NCBI RefSeq assembly: GCF_009914755.1
Contig: NC_060942.1
DNA: 64,000 bases
Reading direction: 5' to 3' (one strand)
From: the human T2T-CHM13v2.0 reference genome, Homo sapiens
The position numbers and the translations under genes are program-made. Positions 53,991-64,000 of the stretch are shown one piece after another; the stretch's first letter is position 1, and every line of letters begins with the position of its first letter. The notes under the pieces were generated by a model. It did no database searches and was not told where the DNA came from. It worked only from the letters and a program-made list of their open reading frames with translations.

Positions 53991-55535
53991 CCCTCCTGGA
54001 AGCTTTCACAGCTGGCGTTGAGTGTCTGCAGGCTTTCCACGTGCATGGTTTAAGCTTTTGGCAGATCTACCATTCTGGAGTCTGAAGGATGGTGGCCCTC
54101 CTCTCACAGTTCCACTAGGCAGTACCCCAGTGGGGACTTGGTGGAGGGGGGTGAGGCTCTTACCCCACATCTCTATTCTGAACTGCCTTAGCAGAGGTTC
54201 TTCATGAGGGCTCTGCCCCTGTAGCAAACTTCTGTCTGGACATCCAGGCATTTCCATACATCCTCTGAAATCTAGACAGAGGTTCCCAAACCCCAATTCT
54301 TGATTTCTCTGCACTCACAGGCTCAACACCACATGTAAGCCACCAAGGCTTGGAGCTTGCACCCTCTGAAGTAATGGCCCAAACTGTACCTTGGCCCCTT
54401 TTAGCCCCAGCTAAAGCTGAAGCAGCTGGAATGGAGGGTACCATATCCCAAGGCTACATAGAGCAGGGGGCCCTGAGCTTGGCCCCAGGAAACCATTTTT
54501 CCCTCCTAGGCCTCTGGGCCTGTAATGGGAGGGACTGCCATGAAGGTCTCTGACACGGCCTGGAGATATTTTCCCCCATTGTCTTGGTGTTTAACACTCG
54601 TCTCCTTGTTGCTTATGCAAATTTCTGCAGAGGGCTTGAATTTCTCCCCAGAAAATGGTTTTTTTTTTCTGTTGCATCATCAAGCTGCAAATTTTCCAAA
54701 CTTTTATGCTCTGCTTCCTCTTGACCCTTTGCTGCTTAGAAATTTCTGCCAGATACCCTAAATCATCTCTCTCAAGTTCAAAGTTCCACAGATCTCTAGG
54801 GCAGCAGCAAAATGCTGCCGGTCTCTTTGCTAAAGCATAGCAAGAATCACCTTTATTCCAGTTGCTAACACGTTCCTCATTTTCAATGAGACCACCTCAG
54901 CCTGGACTTCATTATTGATATTATTATCAGCATTTTTGCCAAAGCCATTCAACAAGCCTCTAGGAAGTTCTAAACTTTCTCCCACATCTTCCTGTCTTCT
55001 GAGACCTCCAAGTCTCTGGGAAGTTCCAAACTTTCCCACATTTTCCTGTCTTCTTCTAAGCCCCCCAAACTCTTCCAACCTCTGCCTGTTACCTAAAGTT
55101 ACTTCCAAATTTCTGGGTATCCTTATAGCAGCATCCCACTCTACCAATACCAACTTACTGTATTAGTTCCTTTTCAAGCAGCTATAAAGAAATGCCTGAC
55201 ACTGAGTAATTTATAAAGGAAAGAGGTTTAATTGACTCACAGTTCTGCAGGGCTGGGGAGACCTCAGGAAACTTACAGTCATGGCAGAACGGGAGGCAAA
55301 CACATCCTTCTTTACATGGCGGCAGGAAGGAAAAGTGCTGAGCAAAGAGGGAAAAGCCCCTTATAAGACCATCAGATCTTGTGAGGACTCACGCACTATC
55401 ATGAGAACAGCATGGGGGTACCTGCCCCCATGATTCAATTACCTCCCACTGGGTCCCTTCCATGACATGTGGGAATTATGGAACTACAATTCAAGATGAG
55501 ATTTGGATGGGTGGGGACACAGCCAAACCATATCA
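53990..55535 (-). mobile_element. THE1 5' LTR (55159-55535) plus truncated THE1 internal sequence
   Basis: LTR ends ...cagccaaaccatatca. Internal sequence (ctttcacagctggcgttgagtgtctg...gagaccacctcagcctggacttc) matches the THE1-int 5' part. Confidence 0.88.
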
Positions 55536-56869
55536 GGGAAGTTCCAGGGGCTTCCTCTCATTTCTTCCTATTACAATAACCTCTCTTCCTCAGATCAGGA
55601 GGCCAATGTAGGATTTTTGACCATTGTAGACTATATCTACTCCAACTCTACATCCAGGAATGGGTGAATAACCTTGAATTAGTGTTAAAGCCTCAGTAAA
55701 CCCACCATGAGATGGATTCACGCCAAACTTCAAACATCACCTGATTATCACCTGACAAGTCTAAAAGGAATATTTACAGCATATACTTGGGGTGATCCAC
55801 AGGATATTTCACTTGCAATGCCTCTTCATTCAGGTCACTCTAGGTCTTTGAATTAACTAAGCCTGGGATGGGGTATTATAGTAGACATTCTCTGCCCATC
55901 CATAGCCCCTTGGGTCTTTTTTACCATTTCTGTGCACCCCTTCCCCTTGTTTGGGGTTCTTTTGCTTCTAATATCTTATACTTGTAACTCTTTTCAGAGC
56001 TGTGTCCTGTAACTATTGGAGGCACTTTGGCCACATGCAGAGAGCTGGATGTGCCTAGGAATTCATGACCTCTTTCCCTCCTGGGGCTTCTACTCAAAGA
56101 CTGATTGGTCCAGCTTCCTTGTCTGGAGTTGGGTCAAACTCAAGCATAATTTAAACTCGAGTTCCCATGTGGGATCAGGCCAAAGCTAGGGCTTGGCCTG
56201 AAACTGCAACCTTTCTTGGCTTCTCTCCCTTTCCTATCATGCTTCCTCTTTCCTTACCGGTTTCTCCTGGGAACACTTTCTTAGTCAATTACTTGCATAG
56301 AAATCTTCATTTCAGGGTTTACTTCAAAGAACTTGACCCAAGACAGGAGCCATAACTATGTGGTGTCTCTGGCCTCTGTTCATCAGATTTAGATTTTGTT
56401 TACTTATTTGTTATTTTGGCCAAGAAGGAATTAAGTGGACTGGATGTCTATTTCAGTCTAAGGAGGTCACAGTCAATGACCATTGCCAAAGATCCCTGTG
56501 GTAAATCAATCATCCTGTTACTCTAGTCCCACATCCTATTCAATAACAACCCCCATCTTGCCTCAGGGAGGTAAATGCAGATTCTAGGCTTTATGTGCCC
56601 TGGAATCCCAGCATTGTCATTGAAATCAGAAAACCCATTTCCATCTCAGTTTCTCTCACCAGCATCCTCAACCTATAGAGAAAAGCTCGTGCCATTACTT
56701 TTGAAGACGATGGCAATAATTTCACCATTGTAATTTCTGGGGGTGATAAAAGGAGCATCTTCTGGGCTGTCTTGCAATATATAGAAGATGGGTAAATGGG
56801 ATGCCCATAATAAGTCCTCAACATTCCTATATCCCTAGGGCACTGGATCCTTTCCTGTATATTTGCTGC

Positions 56870-57020
56870 TCATAAGGTATGAGGACCAGGAATACTGGGA
56901 TCCTCTGGGAGCTTGTTAGAAATTCTGAATCTTGGACTCTACCAAAGACCCTACTGAATCAGAATTTTAACAAGACTCTCATGCTATTCATGTGCACGTT
57001 AAAGTTTGAAAAGCACCAAC
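56870..57020. mobile_element. MER5A-like DNA transposon
   Basis: ctgggagcttgttagaaat...ctactgaatcagaa...aaagtttgaaaagcac. Confidence 0.65.
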
Positions 57021-58902
57021 CTAAATTTGCTGTGCCAGCGAATTTCTGGCATTTCAACATCTTGCAGTTAGGCCACCCCTGAGCCCAGGTATCGGTCAAT
57101 TAATTGGAACCAACTAAAGTCACTTCCAGCTGCTCAAGCTAGCATATTGAATTTAGATGTTCTGGTCCACAGAGGGGCTAGTAAATTCAGCCGGATCTAA
57201 AATTATGTTTCTCCCTCTTTGGTCTAGACCAATACTCTGCAAGTGTTTGAAAATGAAAATGAGCAATAGCTTGCATATCCTTTGGCATGTACATCTCCTA
57301 CTGGGCTTGTCTTTGTAATTACAGGTCATAAATTCCAGCCATAAGACTGGAATCTAGCCATGAGCCTGGAAACTATAAGGGTGGCAGGGCTAAATCGTGA
57401 GGTGAATTGGCTCACTTGGCAAGATACCTGTCTCAGCCATGATCTTTGGGGTCCTCAAAAAGGGAGAGCTTCATCAGAAGTGAAAGGAAAGACTCCTTCA
57501 GCTGGGGTTTGAAAGCTTGGGAGGCATTTGAATTCTCCTTTCATATCCCATTCCATTCCAATCTACTGTTTCTTAATCCATGTCCAAACTTCTACATAGG
57601 AATAAATGATGCTATGCATTAACCTGATATTGTAATTCAGCAATCCATAGGATCAAATTTCCAGTTCAGTTTTTGCCTATCTCTGCCTGCAGCTTCACAC
57701 TATGACATATTAATTCAGCAGTCATTACTTCTGTTCCTGTCTTGAACTGAGTATTTAGGACTTAGAGCTTGTCATTCTTATTTCTTTAATCTCTTCAGTG
57801 TCACTAAGAAACAACCACCTCCCCAGCTGGTCCTTGAATTAAAAAGCTGGTCCTTGTGCTTTTGATAACTCTTCTATGGCAGATGCCACTTAATTCCCCC
57901 AAGCCCTACCTTTAGTGGACACTCTGTTCCAGATAATACAGTTAATAATTTACCTAACAGTTTAATCACTGGATACCATACTGTGTGGATTTGCTGCATT
58001 TTACTCACTGCACCCTCAACTGTACCAGATAATCAAGTTCAGATTCATCCTATTATCTTAAGGGTCTATTCGTTGTCATCACTTCTGGAACAAATTAGAA
58101 GTCAGGGTTTTTACCTTGCAAATAGGTCCACTCTGGCTAATTTAAGCACAAAAAGAATTGATTACAGGATATTGAGCAGTTCCCAAACTCTCCGGAAAGA
58201 CAGGAGAAACACACCCAAGAGGAACATTCAAAATCCTGCTATAGACCTGGCCTCAGGAAGCCCCCCTAGTGCTGCTTTTATGGGGCACAGACTCTTCTGC
58301 TGGCTCTGCTTACCTAACCACTACCAGCAGTGGCTGTTGCTGTGTCTGCTTCCCCTGCTGTCTCTGCACACTCATGACAGCAATCATAACTTCCATGCTC
58401 ATTTCAACAGATTGTACTATTTTGCATTCTTTTGTGTCATAAGTGCCAGAGTCTGGTGTGGGGACAGCTGATGGCTGGAGTGTCACAGGCCAGTGCCTTA
58501 GCTGCAAGGGACACCATGAAAGCACAGCTTTAATAGTGGGAGAAACTGTTGCCTGCAAAGATTCATAAGTTGGGAAATCCTCCAAAGGAAGGGCATTCAG
58601 ATATTGCCTCTGTCATAGCTCATGTGATTGAGTATAGACATCAAGGGTGAGTGTGGCTGAGATGAGGCTAGAGAGGTAAGCAGGGACCAGATTAGCAGAG
58701 CTTCAAGGCTTATTTTAAGGATGGATTCTTCTAAAATTGGTAAGATTTTTAAAGGGCCTCAAATTGAGAAGAGGCTGTCACATGATCAATTTTTAACATT
58801 ACAGTAAGAACATCCCTCTGGAGAGCTTATTGGATGCAGCAAGAGAGGCTGTGAGTGCACCTGTTAGGCTATTTCACTTATTCAGATGAGAGATGATGGT
58901 AG

Positions 58903-59666
58903 TGTTACCGGGGGAGTCCTTGCTCCCAGAGCTCCCAAGATGGCGGCAGGCCACTTCCAAAATGGTGGCAAGCCTCATGTTCTCTGACCTGGGGTTCTTG
59001 GCCTCATGGATTCCAAGGAATGGAATCTTGGGCCATGCAGTGAGTGTTATAGCTCTATTAGAAGCCATGGGTCACGGAAGAGAACTGTGAACCCAGTGAC
59101 TAGTGTTCAGCTCAATTAGGACGAACCTGGGCACTTAGCCATGCAGGAACAATGGCAAGACTTTAGCCCGATCAGGAGCAGCAATGGGTGCCTTGCTGGA
59201 TCAGGGGCACAGAGGACACCCTGCCGAATCCGAAGGGATGGAAGTCAGTGGCAGGTCTGCGGCGGCAGCAAACAGCAGTGGTGGACAGTGAACAAAAGCT
59301 CAGCTAGAGCCGAGCCATAGCAAACATGCACCAGAAGAGAGCGCAGTTGCAAGATTTAATAGAGCGAAAACAGAGCTCCCATACAAAGGGAGGGGACCCA
59401 AAGAGGGTAGCCATTGCCGGCTTGAAGGCCTGGGTTTATATCCCGATCATTGTCCCCCTCACTGTACTCTCAGGCAATAGATGATTGGCTATTTCTTTAC
59501 CTCCTGTTTTTGCCTAATTAGCATTTTAGTGAGCTCTCTTTATTACCTGGTTGGTCGGTGTGAGCTAAGTTGCAAGCCCCATGTTTAAAGGTGGATGTGG
59601 TCACCTTCCCAGCTAGGCTTAGGGATTCTTAGTCAGCCTAGGAAATCCAGCTTGTCCTGTCTCTCA
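58903..59666 (-). mobile_element. LTR17 (HERV-W) full-length solo LTR
   Basis: Reverse complement starts TGAGAGACAGGACAAGCTGGATTTCCTAGGCTGACTAAGAATCCCTAAGCC; 764 bp; TSD GTAG on both sides. Confidence 0.92.
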
Positions 59667-60919
59667 GTAGCATGAGCAATATTGGTGACAGAGAGGAAGA
59701 GCTGAATTCAGTAGACCTGATGATGGTTGGATAGAAGCAGGTGAGGGAGAAGGAAGTGTCTAGGATGGCTTCAGGTTTCAGGCTACTGTCCCTGGATGAA
59801 TGATGTTGCCACTCACTGGGATAGAGGAGACTGTGCATGGTTCTGGTTGGGGCAGAGATGTGGGTTGTTTGTGTTGCGGGGGGTATCGAAGATCCTCTAT
59901 CTGCTTTTAAACAAGCTGAACTTGAAGTGCCTTTGGGATATCCAAAAGAAGATTTCAAGAAGGCCGTTTGATATACAGATCTGGATCCCAGTAAAAAGGT
60001 CTGGGCTGAAAATATGAATTTATAAGCCAACAGCTCATAAGCTGACACTTGAAATGTAGCTGTGAGTGAGATCATTTGGTGGGAGTGTGTAGGGCAGAAC
60101 AAAATAGTTCTAGAAAGGTGTTTGGAAGGATGAAACATTTTTTTCTCTTTTCTTTTTTTCTTAGTCCATGACCTGTGTAAGGGATGAAACATTTTAGTGG
60201 CCAGTTTAGTGGGCTCTCTTGGTTGCTTTCTCAGAATTGGCATCCTCCGTTTCTCTTCCTAATCCCAATTTTGTTCAGATATTTCCTTTTTCCTTTTGCA
60301 GCTCTGTTCCTCTGCAGAATTTGACTTCATCTTCAATTCTACATGCGGCATGATTAGCATACAGGCAATCCTATTCCTCTTTCCAATGAATGGTTCAACA
60401 ATGGCCATGTGACCTGCTAATGAGAGAGGAGAGAAGACCAGTTGTTAGGCTTTGGGAAAGTTTGTCCTTGATCCCAAGAGGGTACCAGAAGGAAATCAGT
60501 TTAAGTCTTTTGAACATCTTTGAGTCTAGATGTGTTGTCTGGCACTGCTGCATCTTTCCTGCTATCAGTTTGAGCATGCAGACATCACTGAGAGTGGCAG
60601 GAAGAGAGAGAGGTGCTAGAAACCCGGGGCCTTGGAGTCTTTTAATCTGCTAACCCTGAAATCCTGTTTCTCTTCCTTACTTCCTTCTATATGAGATGAC
60701 ACTTTTTATAATCTTTTTAGTTGGTTTGAGTTGAGATATCTGTTACTTGCAGCAGAGGAAAATGAGGCTGCACATTTACACCAGATCCCACAGCTAGTAA
60801 GAAAGACACCTGGAATTTGACCTTAAGTTGGTCTGAAGGCAGAGCCCATATGCTAGAACTATCGCCCTGCCCATTAAAGAAACATTTGCGTTTTCATTAG
60901 TTATTTTTTGTTAATTCCA

Positions 60920-61100
60920 GGACAGGAGATGGCAAAGGGGAGATAGTAAATATTTTAGGCTTTGCAGGCCATATGGTCTCTGTCCCAATTATCCAACTCT
61001 GCTGTTGTAGCAAAAGTAGTAATAGAAAATATGTAAACGAGTAGGTGTGGCTGTGCTCCAATAAAACTTTATTTACAAAAACAGGGGGTGGGCCTGTGGG
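60920..61100. mobile_element. MER58A DNA transposon
   Basis: gatagtaaatattttaggctttgcaggcc...ccaataaaactttatttacaaaaacagg. Confidence 0.75.
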
Positions 61101-61378
61101 TTGTAGTTTGCCAACGCTTGTTCTATTGTAAAAGACTAAGAAAATAAATTCTGAATTAAGACCCCGTGTTTTAATTACAAGTGTCATTGTAGGAAATAGT
61201 GACTGAATCCAGTTTAAGCACAGTCATGTGCCATTTAACGATATTTTAGCCAAGACAGACTGCATATACAATTGTGGTCTTGTAAGATGATAATGGAGCT
61301 GAGAAATTCCTATCACCTGGACACATCATGCTGATCCTGACTCTGTGGAGGTGGCTAATGTGTGTGTTTGTGTCTTAG

Positions 61379-62082
61379 TGTGGCAGGCCAATTCTCCCTG
61401 ACAATTGCCCAGACAGGCCTGCATGCCAGGCACACAGACAGGCCTGCATAGCTCTCCAGTTACACAGACAAATTTCCACAGCACTGCCTTAACATTGAGC
61501 AAATCGTTAAACCTGGGGAAATTGGTGCCCAGACATCAAAGCTAGAAGTGAAACATATGGTCAGTAGGAGCCTTGCATGGACTTTTCCCTAACCTGGAGC
61601 AAGTCAAAGTAATAGAGACAGCCTTACATTCCTAGTGCCGGGACCCATCTTGGGTCGATGGAAACTGAGACAAGTCAAGGTAACAGAGGCAGCTGTTTGA
61701 ATAGATTCATTGGAGAGCATAACACAGCTCTCCAGACCAAGCTGTAAAGGAGATAAGATAGAAATAATCACCCTGGTACCACAGTGGACAGGCCTGAAGG
61801 TACTGAGCCCTTTTAATCAAACTAAGCATTTTTTGCCTCTGATCTTCTAGTTGAAACAAAATTAGTTATCAACAGACTTAGGCGAATGCTATACGGCTTA
61901 TAGGCACATAACCCCAGTCTATATAAGCACTAAGAAAATTGTAACACTTTGAGTTGGTCTGGTGGAATTATCTCGGGCCTTCTCCCTGTATCCAGTTACA
62001 GCAATGAATTCCCTTATTTCCTAGTTTGTCTGCTTCTTGTTATCGGGCAAATGCAGCTGGACCCGGCTTTGTTCTGAGAATA
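61379..62082 (+). mobile_element. ERV1-class solo LTR (related to 9534-10153)
   Basis: Starts TGTGGCAGGCCA; TATATAAG at about 61919; TSD TTAG on both sides. Confidence 0.78.
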
Positions 62083-62109
62083 TTAGTTTTTTAAAGAATT
62101 AAAAATGTA

Positions 62110-62472
<363 letters not shown>

Positions 62473-64000
62473 TTAAACTATTATTATAAGAGTCAAAAAG
62501 TGTTCAAAATGTTAAGTTTATAAAGTAAAAAAGTTACAGTAAGCTAAAGTTATGATTGAAGAGAATTTTTTATAAATTTAATGTAGCCTAAGTGTACGGT
62601 GTGTATAAAATCTGCAGTAGTGTCCAGTAATGTCCTAGGCCTTCACATTCACTCACCACTCACTCACTGACTCACCCAGAACAACTTCCAGTCCTGCAAG
62701 CTTCATTCATGTTAAGTACCCTGTACAGGTGTACAATTAAGAAAATATATTTTAAACTGTACTTATACTGTGCCTTTTCTATGTTTAGATGTGTTTAGAG
62801 ACACCAATACTTGCCATTGTGTTACAATTGCCTACAGTTTTCAATACAGTAACATGATGTACAGGTTTGTAGCTTAGGAGCAATAGGGTATCCCATAGAG
62901 CCTAGGTGTGTGGCAGGCTGTACCATCTAAGTTTGTGGAAGTGCACTCTGTGATGTTCAAACAATGATGAAATCACCTAATGATACATTTCTCAGAATAC
63001 ATCCCTGTTGTACTTGCTGCAACCTGTGAAATTTCAACACACAGCCAAATTCTATTTTGCTTTTTTAAAGTTTTTTTTTTTAATCTATGTCCCAGAATAG
63101 CAAGATTTGGATCAACATAACACAAATTGGTCTCTAAATATTGAGTAATTAAGAATGATTCACAAATATAGCATTATAACCAAGTGCCCTAGGGCATTTG
63201 CAAAGCTGGGAGGCTGAATGGGTTATGGTGGCTGCCTGAGGATTCTGGGAGATGAGGTTGTCTTTCCTTCTCTGACTCTATCGCTGCTTCCTCCTCACTT
63301 CCCTAAGGCAGCAAGGGGTGCTGGATCCTTCCCAACTAGAAGTGCCTATTGTACAAGGCATATGGGTGTAGTTAGGAGTGGGGTGGGGCTGAAGCAGTTA
63401 GGATCCCACACCTGTCTATTCCTAGTGCATGTTCACATAATTTTGGACAACCAGAACTTTCGACTTGTTCTACAGCAACCAACAGAGAATTATTAATAAA
63501 TGCTCTTTTTTGGGGAGCTTGTAAGGTCTTTGATCTGTGGGAAGAGAAACACTTACTCTTTATTTTGTTTCTATCCTAGAGCTTGGAACAATAGTCAAAG
63601 TGTGAGCCAGTGAGGGTCTGTTGGCCAGAGTTGGCAAAAAGAAAGGTGAGCTGAAAACCTGAAGAAATCAATAACAGAACTGAATGATGTTGCAATGGCT
63701 GGGGGTAGTGAAAAAATTTTAAATGCTTCCACTTTCTGCACAGCGGGACATTCTCGGGGAAAGCACATTTTACGATGGACTCTCCACAGAGCAGAATATT
63801 TAATATTTCAACGTAGCAATAATACAGTCAAGGGCAATCAATAACAACTGCCACTTTTCTACCTGCCTTGATGAATGAAGGTGGGCTCTGGCCTCTCTCC
63901 AGTTGGTGCATTTCTGCCTGGCCTGTGCTTGTCAGCCAGGGAAGCATTCGTGGCCCCTGGATCCTGCTCCAGGCTGACTTCCCAGCACCCACCTCTGAGT

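Noticed and set aside
54962-55070. Roughly 55-bp duplication in THE1 internal sequence
   Set aside because: Probably a feature shared by some THE1 internal subfamilies; no evidence that it is locus-specific.
57983-58471. 162-aa ORF
   Set aside because: Non-ATG start, lies in old ERVL/LTR-like decayed sequence, no recognisable domain.
59638-60243. Longest ORF (201 aa)
   Set aside because: Runs across an L2-like fragment into LTR17; no recognisable homology.

Overview
Human (or great-ape) genomic DNA. It contains the last two coding exons and 3' UTR of SKA1 (+ strand; SKA1 lies on human 18q21.1), followed by about 60 kb of repeat-dense intergenic sequence. The dominant feature is an 8.3-kb defective HERV-T/HERVS71 provirus (10201-18480) with LTR6-type LTRs, a tRNA-Thr primer binding site and an ACTA target-site duplication (TSD). 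It carries an antisense solo HERV-K(HML-2) LTR5 inside gag and deletions in pro/RT and env, which fits my recollection of the originally described S71 element. Other contents: an SVA, two internally deleted L1s that keep their 5' end, 3' end and TSDs, many solo LTRs (MER21, THE1/MST, MER51, LTR30, MER61, LTR17/HERV-W, MER4-group), Alus, DNA transposons and a strong CTCF motif. Almost all listed ORFs are repeat-derived noise. I found no evidence of a new intact multi-gene system. The best leads are the provirus leader (a decayed pre-gag ORF with an intact transmembrane micro-ORF and intact splice sites) and several small insertion/deletion scars. Repeat subfamily names come from recalled consensus sequences, not from a search.
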